Below are positions 1 to 9,251 of a DNA stretch of 64,000 nt, piece after piece. The notes below the pieces were generated by a model that worked only from the letters and a program-made list of their open reading frames with translations, made no database searches and was not told where the DNA came from. Positions within the stretch are counted from its first letter, which is position 1. The number at the start of each line of letters is the position of its first letter. Position numbers and translations under genes: made by a program. This DNA comes from Anaerolineae bacterium. Lineage in GTDB: Bacteria > Chloroflexota > Anaerolineae > S140-20. The stretch covers positions 32,001 to 96,000 of the forward strand of contig JALUTT010000099.1 in assembly GCA_027021705.1 (NCBI GenBank), in the 5' to 3' direction.

Positions 1-608
1 CGGGTGATGTCCACGTCGCCCGCCTCGGGCTCGATGAGCCGGCCAAAGCGGGTGCGCCCCTCCCCCAGCGCCGAGGGGGCCACCGTCTCGACGGCCGGAG
101 GATCACCGGCCCGGCCGGCGTCGGCCGGGAAGGCGCCGGCCAGCACCGAGACCAGCCCCGGTCCGTCGGCCAGAGCGCACTCGGCCAGCACCTTGCCGCC
201 GTAGATCTGGCTGGTGGTGACGACGGCACCGTCCTCCACCCGCAGGCCCTTGCAGTAGGCCACCAGAGGCCAGTCCAGCCGGGCCGAGAGCGCCGCCGCC
301 AGGTCCATCCCCATCGCCGTGTTGAGGAGGAGCGTCAGGCGGGGTTGGTGCTCCCGCAACAGAGGCTCCAGGGCGGCCACGTAGGCCTCCGGCACGAAGT
401 CGGCCAGGGCCGGGTCGTCCACCACCAGCACCCGGTCGGCCGCCCCCATCCGCTCGGCCATCCCCCCCACCTCGTGGCCCAGCAGCAGGCCGACGACCTG
501 GCCGCCCATCGCATCGGCCAGGGCGCGGGCCGCACCCAGCGCCTCGAAGGTGGTGTCGGTCAGCTTCCCCTGCAGGTGTTCGGCGATCACAAAGATTGAC
601 TCACTCAT
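1..608 (-). CDS. etfA: Electron transfer flavoprotein alpha subunit (5' part; runs off window start)
   Basis: Manually translated from ATG at 608 (RBS GGAGG): MSESIFVIAEHLQGKLTDTTFEALGAARALAD...SQIYGGKV; EtfA N-terminal domain; directly follows etfB. Confidence 0.9.
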   Translation of the reverse strand, partial: MSESIFVIAEHLQGKLTDTTFEALGAARALADAMGGQVVGLLLGHEVGGMAERMGAADRVLVVDDPALADFVPEAYVAALEPLLREHQPRLTLLLNTAMGMDLAAALSARLDWPLVAYCKGLRVEDGAVVTTSQIYGGKVLAECALADGPGLVSVLAGAFPADAGRAGDPPAVETVAPSALGEGRTRFGRLIEPEAGDVDIT

Positions 609-633
609 CGCGTTTCCTCCCCCGCTGTCCGCC

Positions 634-1404
634 TTACAGGATTCCCCGCTCTTGGAGGATCTCGACGATCCGCCCGGCGACCTCTTCCTCGTCTCCCTCG
701 ATGATCTCGGCCCGGCCCGTGGCCTCGGGCTTGAACATCCGCCGCACCGGGGCGACGGGCACCTCGGGCACCTCGTCCACCTCGATCTCCTCGATGGTGG
801 CCGACTTCATCGCCTGGCGCACGCGGCTGACGGGGGCGTAACGGGGGGGCTGACGGGCGGCCTGGATGCCCAGCACGGCCGGCAGCGTCACCTCCAGCTC
901 GGCCATGATGCCGCCCCAAAACTCCTTGTGCACGGTGGCCGTCCCGTCCTGGACCTGGACACCGGTCACCACGCCGACGTGGGGCAGCCCCAGGTGGGTG
1001 GCCAACATCGGAGCGACCTGACCGTCCAGGTCGTCGGCCGCCTGGACGCCGACCAGGATCAGGTCGTAGGCCATCCCTCCGATGGCGTCGGCCAGCAGCC
1101 GGGCCATCGCGTGGCTGCTGAGCCCCCCTTCCTCGAAATCACCCACCAGCTTCACCGCCCGGTCGGCCCCCTTGGCGATGGCGGTGTAGAGGGCCTGATC
1201 CAATTCGTCGGTGGTGTCCACGCCGATGACGGTCACGCTCCCGCCCACCTCCTCCTTCAGCAGCAGCGCTTCCTCCAGGGCGTGGTCGTCGAACTCGTTG
1301 AGCACGAAGCTCAGGAGGTCCGGGTCCAGACCGGTCCCTTCCTCGTTGATCTCCAGTTCCTCGATCAGATCGGGAACCTGCTTGACGGCGACGATGATCT
1401 CCAT
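634..1404 (-). CDS. etfB: Electron transfer flavoprotein beta subunit
   Basis: MEIIVAVKQVPD, NEFDDHALEEALLLKE, GADRAV, GVQAADDLDGQV motifs. Confidence 0.95.
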   Translation of the reverse strand: MEIIVAVKQVPDLIEELEINEEGTGLDPDLLSFVLNEFDDHALEEALLLKEEVGGSVTVIGVDTTDELDQALYTAIAKGADRAVKLVGDFEEGGLSSHAMARLLADAIGGMAYDLILVGVQAADDLDGQVAPMLATHLGLPHVGVVTGVQVQDGTATVHKEFWGGIMAELEVTLPAVLGIQAARQPPRYAPVSRVRQAMKSATIEEIEVDEVPEVPVAPVRRMFKPEATGRAEIIEGDEEEVAGRIVEILQERGIL

Positions 1405-1461
1405 AGGCTGATCCTCCTCTCACGCCTGATGGTTCACGCTTTCCGTTTCCTGTCCCCCGCG

Positions 1462-2742
1462 CTACCCCATCGCCTCCGCGATCAGCTCCGCGATGTCCTT
1501 CACCTGCAGCCGCCCTTCGTTCCCCGTGGACTTGACCGCGTCCTCGAAGCGGGAGACCTCGTAGGGGCAGCAGACGACGAGGGTGTCGGCCCCGGTGGCG
1601 ATGGCCTCCAGCACCCGCTGCTCCGAGAGGCGACGGCGCTGGTAGTTGACGACGAAGCCGTCCAGCCACATCCCGCCGCCTCCGCCGCCGCAGCAGTAGC
1701 CGTTCTCCCGGCAGCGCCACATCTCGACGAACTCGACGCCGGGCAGGGCCTGGATAAGCTGGCGGGGGGCGTCGTACTCGCCGTTGTGCCGGCCCAGGTA
1801 GCAGGGATCGTGGAAGGTGACCTTGTACCCCAGGGAACGGGTCATCAGCGACTGCAGCCGGTCCAGGTGCCGGGCCAGGAGCTGGGTGTAGTGCCAGACC
1901 TCGTAGTCGCCGCCGTGGCGGGGGTACTCCTTGCGGAAGGCGTTCAGGGCGTGGGGATCGGTGACGACGATGCGCTGGAACTGGTACTTGGAGAGGGTGG
2001 CGATGTTCTGCTCGGCCAGCATCTCGAAGAGGCCCCGCTCACCGGCCAGCCGCTGGGAGTCGCCAGCGCACTTCTCCTCCCGCCCCAGGATGGCGAAGTC
2101 CAGCCCCAGAGCGTTGAAGATGCGGGCCAGGGCCAGGCTGGCGTCAATCCCCCGAGGGTGGTAGGAGGGGTAGCACTCCACCCACCAGAGCCATTCGACG
2201 GGGCGCTTCTCCTTGTAGAGCAGCGGGATGGGCACGTCGGCCTTCTTGGCCCAGGCGTCCCGCTTGCGGGCCGGCTTCCCCAGGGGGTTGCCGTAGCGGA
2301 AGGTGTTCTCCAGCGCCTCCTGGAGCTCCGCCGGCACGCTGTTGCCGGAGAGGATGGCCTGCTCGCGGGCGGCAGGCATGATCTTGACCATGTCCACCTC
2401 TTTCTTGCAGACCCGCAGGCAGTTCATGCAGGTGGTGCAGAGCCACAGGTCCGGCGACTCCAGCAGGTTCACCCCCGTCTGGGCCTTGCGGTAGAGCTTG
2501 CGGGGGCCGTAATCCCCCACCACGTCCACCGGGCAGACGGGGACGCACTTGGCGCACTGGTAGCACCAGGCGAAGGACTCGGCCCCCGGCAGCGCGGCGA
2601 TCTCTTCGATTAGCTCCGGCGTGTATTCCCAGATCACCCGCTGCTCGAACATCCGGTTCCAAGGGCCGGAGATGTCCATCCCGTCAACGATGGCAACGTC
2701 CTTTTCCCAAATGGCGTCAACTTTGTCCAGTCCGGCTTCCAT
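1462..2742 (-). CDS. shdrB3: sHdrB3-like protein: 2x[4Fe-4S] ferredoxin domain fused to two CCG domains (HdrC/HdrB fusion)
   Basis: CYQCAKCVPVCP, CTTCMNCLRVC, HDPCYLGR, CCGGGGG; position between shdrH and etfB matches type II sHdr clusters. Confidence 0.8.
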   Translation of the reverse strand: MEAGLDKVDAIWEKDVAIVDGMDISGPWNRMFEQRVIWEYTPELIEEIAALPGAESFAWCYQCAKCVPVCPVDVVGDYGPRKLYRKAQTGVNLLESPDLWLCTTCMNCLRVCKKEVDMVKIMPAAREQAILSGNSVPAELQEALENTFRYGNPLGKPARKRDAWAKKADVPIPLLYKEKRPVEWLWWVECYPSYHPRGIDASLALARIFNALGLDFAILGREEKCAGDSQRLAGERGLFEMLAEQNIATLSKYQFQRIVVTDPHALNAFRKEYPRHGGDYEVWHYTQLLARHLDRLQSLMTRSLGYKVTFHDPCYLGRHNGEYDAPRQLIQALPGVEFVEMWRCRENGYCCGGGGGGMWLDGFVVNYQRRRLSEQRVLEAIATGADTLVVCCPYEVSRFEDAVKSTGNEGRLQVKDIAELIAEAMG

Positions 2743-2808
2743 AAGCGGTCTCCTTGGCTCGCGGGGATGGGGCGCGTAGAGGGCACCCCCAGGCTTTGCG
2801 TCGAAGGT

Positions 2809-3603
2809 CTAGCCGCCCGCCTTGGACAGCCCCAGGAGCCTGCGCACCATATCCGGCAGCGAGGGCAGCAGGCGGTTGAACTCCCGGCTCAGCCGCCAAC
2901 TGGTGATGCCGTAGAGGTAGACGCTGTAGGCGCAGGCCAGGAAGGCATCGGCGGCGAAGGGGCTCCGCCGGGGGTCGTTGACCAGCGCCGGGGTGAGCAG
3001 GCCGGTGCCCTCGGCGAAGCGCATGCTCATCGCGGTGACCGAGCCCACACGGACGTACCCCTCGGCCAGGTCGTCGGCCAGGAGGTTGCGCACACTGCCG
3101 GCCAGCAGGGAGAGGATGCCCGTCTGGGTCGTCCGGTCCCACAGCCAGCGGGTCCAGAGCCAGTGCTCGGCCGGCGCGGTGTAGTGCAGCAGGCCGGTGG
3201 CCAGCTCTAGGCCCAGCCGGGGGTCCAGCCCCTCCAGCCGGGCGACGAAGCGGGCGATCCGGGCCGGTGCCGGGCCGGTCCCGTGGAGGAGATCGTCCAC
3301 GAGGGAGGCCACGGGGCGGCGGCTCAGATCATCGGTCAGCATCCGGGCCTGCCGCCGGGTGGCGGTCACCGACCGGGCGATCCAGCGCAGATCGTCCGGG
3401 GAGAGGTCCGGCCTCCCCGTGCCGTTGGTCCGCCCCAGCCGCTCGACGAAACGGTGGTGCCGTTCGGCCAGTTCGTCGGCCACGGCCACCAGGTCGGCGG
3501 CGTCGGCCTGGGCCAGGGCCTCCTGGAGCGTCTCCAGCAGCTCGGGATCGTCGGGTCCGGTCTTGGGTTTGATGATGTGGCTGGGCCGTTGTCCGAAGGT
3601 CAT
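2809..3603 (-). CDS. shdrH: sHdrH-like conserved hypothetical protein
   Basis: Position after shdrA; HWLWTRWLWD..T.TG.L motif; start moved to ATG 3603 with GGAG RBS. Confidence 0.7.
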   Translation of the reverse strand: MTFGQRPSHIIKPKTGPDDPELLETLQEALAQADAADLVAVADELAERHHRFVERLGRTNGTGRPDLSPDDLRWIARSVTATRRQARMLTDDLSRRPVASLVDDLLHGTGPAPARIARFVARLEGLDPRLGLELATGLLHYTAPAEHWLWTRWLWDRTTQTGILSLLAGSVRNLLADDLAEGYVRVGSVTAMSMRFAEGTGLLTPALVNDPRRSPFAADAFLACAYSVYLYGITSWRLSREFNRLLPSLPDMVRRLLGLSKAGG

Positions 3604-3662
3604 CGCGGCTCCCAGGGCTCGTGCGGGCCGGTGATCGGTCCGGGCCGGGCAGGGCCGAGGGG

Positions 3663-4715
3663 TCACCCGGCGCGGCGGAGGGTGGCGATGGCCCGGGCGG
3701 CAGCCAGCCCGGCCATCGAGAAGGAATCGTCCAGGTCGGCGGGTCCGGCGGCGGCCCCGGCGACGAAGATGCCGGGCCGGGAGGTGGCGACGGGGTCCAC
3801 ACCCGTCGGTCCGCCGGCGGCGATGTAGCCGTACTTGTTCTGCTCCAGCCCCAGGAGCCCCGCCATCGCCCGGGTGCCGGTGCTGGGCTCCATCCCGACG
3901 GAGAGGACCACCAGGTCCACCGTCACCTCCATCGGCCGGCCCATCGTCGTGTCCTCGCCCCGGATGAGGAGCCGGTCTCCCTTGGGCAGGATCTCGCTCA
4001 CCAACCCCTTGATGTAGTTGACCTTGTACTGTTCCTGGGCCGGCCAGTAGAGTTCGTTCTCCCAGTAGCCGTACATCCGCATGTCAATGTAGAAGATGAA
4101 GACCCGGCTGTCGGGCAGGAGCCGCTTGATCTCGATGGCCTGCTTGCTGGCGATGCCGCAGCAGACCTTGGAGCAGAACTCGTTGCCGATCTGCCGGTCC
4201 CGGGAGCCGACGCACTGGATGAAGGCGACCCGCTCCGGCGTCTCCCCGTTGGAGGGCCGGACGACCTGGTGAGCCCTCAGCATCCCCTCCAGATCGGCGA
4301 TGGTGATGACGTCGGGGAAGGAGTAGTAGTTGTAGTACTGGGTCTCCCGACCGGGGTCGAAGTGCTGAAAGCCGGTGGCGACGATGATGGCCCCCGCTTC
4401 CACCGTCTTGGGGCCGGCCCCGTTCTGCACCGTCACCCGGAAGTTCCCCGCCTCACCCTCACAGGCCACCACCTGGCTGTCGGTGAGCACCTCGACGTTG
4501 GGGTTGTCGGTGATGGCGGCGACCAGCTCGGCCATCACCTCTCCGGCATCCCGAAAGTGGTGGGTAAGCTGGGCGTAGTGAACGGCGTCGGGGGTGCCGC
4601 CGAGGCGGTCTCGTTTTTCCACCAGGACGACGGGGTAGCCCAGATCGGCCACCGTGCGGGCCGCCTCCAGGCCGGCCGGCCCCCCTCCGATGATCAACAC
4701 CTTGCCTTGAGACAT
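3663..4715 (-). CDS. shdrA: sHdrA, short HdrA-like flavoprotein
   Basis: GGGPAG FAD motif, IQCVGSRD...CSKVCC; about 350 aa without ferredoxin insertions; ATG 4715 with GGAGG RBS. Confidence 0.9.
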   Translation of the reverse strand: MSQGKVLIIGGGPAGLEAARTVADLGYPVVLVEKRDRLGGTPDAVHYAQLTHHFRDAGEVMAELVAAITDNPNVEVLTDSQVVACEGEAGNFRVTVQNGAGPKTVEAGAIIVATGFQHFDPGRETQYYNYYSFPDVITIADLEGMLRAHQVVRPSNGETPERVAFIQCVGSRDRQIGNEFCSKVCCGIASKQAIEIKRLLPDSRVFIFYIDMRMYGYWENELYWPAQEQYKVNYIKGLVSEILPKGDRLLIRGEDTTMGRPMEVTVDLVVLSVGMEPSTGTRAMAGLLGLEQNKYGYIAAGGPTGVDPVATSRPGIFVAGAAAGPADLDDSFSMAGLAAARAIATLRRAG

Positions 4716-4765
4716 ACTCCCCTCCTGCCGGTCTGTCTTCGTGATGGGCGCAGTTTCACAGGTGC

Positions 4766-5989
4766 TCAAGCGGCCACGGCGATGGGCGTGTCGGCATCCT
4801 CCCAGGTCAGGCCCGCCTTCTCGCCCCGCCGGATGGCGTCCAGGTCGGCCTCGAACTCCTCCCAGTGGCGCTGCCAGTCAATGCCCAGCTTCTCCAGCAT
4901 CGGACGCCAGTCGGTCGAGTGCCAGTGAAGCTGAAGGACGCGGAAGGGGTGGGCCCCCATCGCCAGGGCCGCCACCTGGGCGTCGGAGAGGACGGGCACG
5001 CCGACCTGGCGCTGGTGGGCCTTGGCGGCGAACTGGCTCTTATCCAGCGTCGTCACGCAGCCGGTATCGTGAGTCACCACCAGGTCGGGGTCCACCTCGT
5101 TCTTCATCACCTCGATCTTGCGCAGGACGGCGAAGGAGCGGGTGAAGTCCCGCTGGACCAGGACGTGGCGGAAGCCGAAGCCGCAGCAGTCGAACCAGGT
5201 GGAGTAGTCGGCCACGTGGATGCCCAGGGTCTCCAGCAGGCCGGTGACCGTCGCCGTGCGCTGCCCGCCGTAGATGTCGGGGTCGTAGATGGCATCCTCG
5301 GCCACGATCTTGTAGTAGTGACAGGCGGGGTGGACGCAGGCCGTCAGGCTGCTCAGGTCCACGATCTGGCGCTCGGCGATGCGGTGGCGCATGGCGTGCA
5401 CCCACTCGCTGTAGTGGACGATCTCCTCAGGGACGACGAGGGGCTTGCCCAGCTTGTCCAGGATGCGCCGCACCTCGTCCCGCAGCGCCTTGTGGTGGAT
5501 CAGCTCCTCACGGGCCTCCTTGTAGTGGCCGTAGCTGGTGCCGCAGTGGATGAGGGGGTAGTAGCCCGTCTCGTAGGCGGCGGCGAAGTTGCGGCACATC
5601 ACGGCCAACTGGGCGGCGGCGTTGGAGGTGGCCGAGGCGTAGTAGTTCCAGCCGGTGCACGAGGTCTGGTCCGTGGGGTCCACGTAGTCCAGCCCGAACT
5701 GGCGGTGCAGCCAGAAGACAGAGGTGGAGTAGCCGGGGATGTGGCCGCACTGGCCGCAGGACTTGTGGTGCCAGGTGTGCTCGACGGGGATCTTCTTGGT
5801 GCGACCGAACTTGGTGGTGACCTCGATGTAGGGTTCCGGCACCCGCTGCACGATCAGCTCCCCCTTCGCCTCCAGCTCGAAGAGGGCTTCGCGCAGGTCG
5901 TGGGTCGGCGCCGTGGTCGGATCGCGGCGGACCGGCTGGGATTTCTTGGCCAGGATCTCCTCGACGGGAACGAAGTTCGCTGTCGCCAT
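4766..5989 (-). CDS. shdrB1: sHdrB1, CCG-domain heterodisulfide reductase-like subunit
   Basis: WHHKSCGQCGHIPGY, DQTSCTGWNY, HPACHYYK, DCCGFGFRH, HDTGCVTT. Confidence 0.9.
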   Translation of the reverse strand: MATANFVPVEEILAKKSQPVRRDPTTAPTHDLREALFELEAKGELIVQRVPEPYIEVTTKFGRTKKIPVEHTWHHKSCGQCGHIPGYSTSVFWLHRQFGLDYVDPTDQTSCTGWNYYASATSNAAAQLAVMCRNFAAAYETGYYPLIHCGTSYGHYKEAREELIHHKALRDEVRRILDKLGKPLVVPEEIVHYSEWVHAMRHRIAERQIVDLSSLTACVHPACHYYKIVAEDAIYDPDIYGGQRTATVTGLLETLGIHVADYSTWFDCCGFGFRHVLVQRDFTRSFAVLRKIEVMKNEVDPDLVVTHDTGCVTTLDKSQFAAKAHQRQVGVPVLSDAQVAALAMGAHPFRVLQLHWHSTDWRPMLEKLGIDWQRHWEEFEADLDAIRRGEKAGLTWEDADTPIAVAA

Positions 5990-6696
5990 CAGACTTCCTC
6001 CTCCCATTCCTCCAGCTCTTCTTCCATCACATCCACCAGGAGCTCGTAGAGCCCTTCGTCCACCTCCTGGATGATCTCGATGTTGCCGGTCTCGAACCAG
6101 ATGGTGTAGAGTTCGCGCAGCGTCTTGTCATCGGTGCGCCAGGCGGCGTCGGTGACGCCCCGCAGGGTGTCCACGGGGATCGCCTGCCGCCAGACCTGCA
6201 TGTTCTCGCTGAACTCCCGCACCCAGGGCCCCCAGTCGGGGAAGAAGTCGGGCTGGAGCATGTCGGGCGAGACCTGGTTGCCCTTGAGCATCACCTTGTA
6301 GATCACCCGGCTGTAGCCCTGGAGGACATCGCGGGTCTCCTGGATGCCGTTGCGCACGGCAACCTCCCGGATCAGCGTGACCAGGCCGCCGGGGTTGTTG
6401 TGGCGGGGGCAGCGGACGCAGGAGAAGCACTGGGCGCAATTCCAGATGTCCTCGATGAGGATTTCGTAGATGCGGTCCACATCCTCGCGGGCCATCGCCT
6501 GGGCAATGACGCGGGGGCTGTAGTCGTAGAAGCGGGCCGAGGGGCAGGCGGAGACGCAGATACCACACTCGTAGCACCCGTAGAGGTAGTCCTCGTAGCG
6601 AGGGTCCTCTTTGATCTCCAGGAAGAGGCGCTGTTTTTCCTCATAAGGAACGTCGGGATACCTGTCCACAACCTTGCCGGGGTTCCAGTCGGTCAA
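5989..6696 (-). CDS. shdrC1: sHdrC1, 4Fe-4S dicluster subunit
   Basis: CYECGICVSACP and CAQCFSCVRCP; FPDWGP motif; TTG start with GGAGGTG RBS; stop overlaps shdrB1 start. Confidence 0.88.
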   Translation of the reverse strand: MTDWNPGKVVDRYPDVPYEEKQRLFLEIKEDPRYEDYLYGCYECGICVSACPSARFYDYSPRVIAQAMAREDVDRIYEILIEDIWNCAQCFSCVRCPRHNNPGGLVTLIREVAVRNGIQETRDVLQGYSRVIYKVMLKGNQVSPDMLQPDFFPDWGPWVREFSENMQVWRQAIPVDTLRGVTDAAWRTDDKTLRELYTIWFETGNIEIIQEVDEGLYELLVDVMEEELEEWEEEV

Positions 6697-6712
6697 GATT
6701 CACCTCCTCAGC

Positions 6713-6798
6713 CTAATACCTCATCAAACGGGTTTTGACAAACCGTTGATGGGGTAGTGGTTTCCCGTCCGTTCAATCCACTCTCAAGTCCGCTGACC
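6713..6798 (-). repeat. Half copy of dispersed 'CTGTCAGCGGA...GATGAGGTA' element (family A)
   Basis: Reverse complement aligns with 29120-29206 and 35120-35205; overlaps the 3' end of the thioredoxin gene. Confidence 0.75.
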
Positions 6799-7068
6799 GA
6801 TGTCCGTTCTAGCCCGGCTCCTCGCCTGGGCGAGGGCTTCAACCATCGCGTCCCAGGGAGGGACGCCGACGAAGCGGGTGGAGCCGACGAAGACGGTGGG
6901 GACGGAGAGGACCTGAGCAGCCTTGGCCTCCTCCCGGCCTCGGGCGCTGCCTAGGCTGACGATGCGCAACCGGACGTCGGGGTTCTCGTCGGCCAGGCGC
7001 TGGGCCAGGCGGATGGCGGTGGGGCAGGTTGTGCAGACGGGATGGGTGAAGACACGCACTTCGATCAT
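6784..7068 (-). CDS. Thioredoxin/glutaredoxin-like protein
   Basis: FTHPVCTTCP CxxC motif and SVPTVFV cis-Pro motif. Confidence 0.85.
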   Translation of the reverse strand: MIEVRVFTHPVCTTCPTAIRLAQRLADENPDVRLRIVSLGSARGREEAKAAQVLSVPTVFVGSTRFVGVPPWDAMVEALAQARSRARTDIGQRT

Positions 7069-7093
7069 CGTCCTCAACAGGGGAGGGTCACGG

Positions 7094-7567
7094 CTACGGC
7101 ATCTCGAACCCTTCGCAGTGGACGCAATCGTCCAGCCCCTTCTGGGCCATCAGGGCCTCGTAGGCGGCGACGGCGGCCTCGCCGGTGATCAGCCGGCTCA
7201 GGTCGGCCTCCAGGTCCTCCGGTTGCAAGCGGGCGATCCAGCCCCGGTTGTAGGGGCTGCGGTTGATGAGGCCGGCATCCTGGGGGAGGGCATCGTTGAC
7301 GGCGATGAGGGTGCCGGCGACGGGGGTGCGCAGCGGTCCCAGCCACTTGGCGCTCTCGACCAGGGCCACGACCTTGCCCCGGGGGTAGAAGCGGCCCACG
7401 GGACGGTAGGAGACGTGGAGCATCCCGCCGGCCGTGGTCTGGGCCACGTCGGTGAAGCCCAGCGTCACGCTGCCGTCGGGCTCCGGGCGGACCCAGATAT
7501 GGTCCTCAACCCGGTAGTAGAGGTCCAGGGGCAGGACGCAGTTGCGGACGATGGCTACCCGGCCCAT
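7094..7567 (-). CDS. lbpA: Lipoate-binding protein LbpA (GcvH-like)
   Basis: H-protein fold, lipoyl-Lys in VESAKW, N-terminal Cys and C-terminal CVHC typical of LbpA; sHdr context. Confidence 0.88.
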   Translation of the reverse strand: MGRVAIVRNCVLPLDLYYRVEDHIWVRPEPDGSVTLGFTDVAQTTAGGMLHVSYRPVGRFYPRGKVVALVESAKWLGPLRTPVAGTLIAVNDALPQDAGLINRSPYNRGWIARLQPEDLEADLSRLITGEAAVAAYEALMAQKGLDDCVHCEGFEMP

Positions 7568-7569
7568 CG

Positions 7570-7950
7570 TCAGAAGGCCACCACCGCATCCGCTTCCAGG
7601 GCCATGTCGTTGAAGGCCGCCCCGCCGATCATCTCCACGCCGTCAATGAGGTCGTCCATCGTCAGGCCGTGCAGGTCCAGGGAGGGCTGGCAGACGTAGA
7701 GCTTGACCCCGACGGCGAGGGCCTGTTTGATGAAGTGGGCCAGGGGAGCGCCGCCCCCACCGGCCTTGGGCACGATGAGCTCTTCCGGGACGCCCTTGCG
7801 CAACAGGGTGGGGCCGTTCATCGTGAAGTAGATGCCGGCCTCGATGTCCATCGCTGCCGCAGCCGCAGCCAGGAAGAAGGGGGTCGCGCTGCGCTCCGGC
7901 GTGTCCACACCGTGGGTCTGCACGTAGAGAATCTTCTTGTCCTCGTCCAA
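7570..7950 (-). CDS. dsrE: DsrE-family sulfurtransferase (DsrE3-like)
   Basis: PFFLAAAAAAMD, YFTMNG, VKLYVCQPS; TTG start with GGAGG RBS. Confidence 0.8.
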   Translation of the reverse strand: MDEDKKILYVQTHGVDTPERSATPFFLAAAAAAMDIEAGIYFTMNGPTLLRKGVPEELIVPKAGGGGAPLAHFIKQALAVGVKLYVCQPSLDLHGLTMDDLIDGVEMIGGAAFNDMALEADAVVAF

Positions 7951-8016
7951 AAGGCACCTCCTCGCGCGTGAAGGCGTGAGTTGTGTAGCGTGTGACCGGT
8001 CGCGTGCCGTAGGGGG

Positions 8017-8523
8017 CTAGACGAAGAGGCTGACATCGGCTTCGGCGGCGAAGTCCAGGAAACCGGTAGCTCCCAGGCAGGAGACCCCTTCGATGAGGTC
8101 CTCCTGGGCCACGTTCATCACCCCCATCGTCGTGGCACAGGCGTAGAGGTTGACCCCCATCTCCACGCACATCTCCACCATCTCGGCAACGGTAGGGATG
8201 TTGGCCTTCTGCATCCAGCTCCTCATAAAGCTCGTCGCCAGCTCCGTCATGCCCGGGAGCATCCCGACGATGTTGGGCACCTGGAGGGGGATGGCGGGGA
8301 TGGGGGCGGGCATCGCCGGGTTGCCGATGGGGGCGACCTTGAGCTTGGCCAGCTTTTTCTTGTTGATGATGTCGAGGCCGTAGAAGGTGAAGAAGATGCC
8401 CACCTCCCAACCGATGGCGGCGGCGGTGGTGGCGAGGATGAGGGGAGGGTAGGCCATATCCAACGAGCCCTTGGACGCGACCAGGGCCAGACGACGCCGG
8501 CGGGGCTTCTGTTCCTCGGTCAT
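8017..8523 (-). CDS. dsrE2: DsrE2-family sulfur carrier
   Basis: SKGSLDMAYPPLILATTAAA, FFTFYGL, GNPAMP, YACATTM; ATG 8523 with GGAGG RBS. Confidence 0.85.
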   Translation of the reverse strand: MTEEQKPRRRRLALVASKGSLDMAYPPLILATTAAAIGWEVGIFFTFYGLDIINKKKLAKLKVAPIGNPAMPAPIPAIPLQVPNIVGMLPGMTELATSFMRSWMQKANIPTVAEMVEMCVEMGVNLYACATTMGVMNVAQEDLIEGVSCLGATGFLDFAAEADVSLFV

Positions 8524-8623
8524 GGGCAAACCTCCTTCGACGGGATAGGCATCCTCCGGCGGCCGGCCTCTCGCCGGTCCGGGTGATGGGGCCCGCGAGG
8601 GCAGGCGACCAGAGGGCCGGGGC

Positions 8624-8866
8624 CTACTGGGCACGCCGGATGTAGAAGACGAAGGTACCGTCCTCTTGCTCGCTGGCCAGCAGCTCGTTGCCCGTCTGCT
8701 TGGCCCAGGCTTCCATATCGGCCGGCGCGCCGGGGTCGGTGGCGATCATCTTCAGGACCTGACCGACTTCGATCTCCTTGATCGCCTTGGAGGTTTTGAT
8801 GACGGGGATGGGGCACAGGAGTCCGGTGCAGTCCAGCACCTTGTCCGCCGCAATTGAGGTGGTCAT
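8624..8866 (-). CDS. tusA: Sulfur carrier protein TusA
   Basis: LDCTGLLCPIP and ATDPGA motifs, 80 aa. Confidence 0.93.
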   Translation of the reverse strand: MTTSIAADKVLDCTGLLCPIPVIKTSKAIKEIEVGQVLKMIATDPGAPADMEAWAKQTGNELLASEQEDGTFVFYIRRAQ

Positions 8867-8890
8867 TGGGGCTCCTCCTTTCGCCGAGGG

Positions 8891-8987
8891 ACCCTCCCGC
8901 AGGGTCCTCCCACGACCTGAAACGTGCTATGGGCAGCTCCCAATAAGCCGTTGCTGTCACCGGGCAGCGCGTGACCTGCGGGAGGGT
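8891..8987. repeat. Mini-element with 13-bp terminal inverted repeat ACCCTCCCGCAGG (family C)
   Basis: Perfect IR at the ends; related ends at 30203-30296 and 60009-60071; interior similar to the 60009 copy. Confidence 0.7.
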
Positions 8988-9251
8988 GACCATGATTCAG
9001 GCAGCCAGACCTGCTTCTATGGTAAACCGGTCGGCCAGAATTGTCGTCCCCCTTGGGGGGGAATTGGCTTCCCCCCTAGAGGGTATTTCTCGCCTCCCCG
9101 CGCCGGGGTTCCGCTTGCGCGTTGCTGCCCCTCTGGCTGCCGGCCGGGCGCTGAACTGGGCAGAGGCGCAACTGAATTGCGCCCCATCCGGCGTCCCATC
9201 CCTGGCCTGGGTGCGGAAAGTGGGTTATAATTCCCTCAAGAGGAGAGGGCT

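Noticed and set aside
550..2613. Long antisense ORFs (also 16517-18355, 23847-25655, 32728-34899, 39127-41196)
   Set aside because: Shadow ORFs opposite well-supported genes, expected at high GC3; no recognisable motifs
7094..7567. Glycine cleavage system H protein
   Set aside because: No gcvT/gcvP nearby; extra terminal cysteines and sHdr context indicate LbpA
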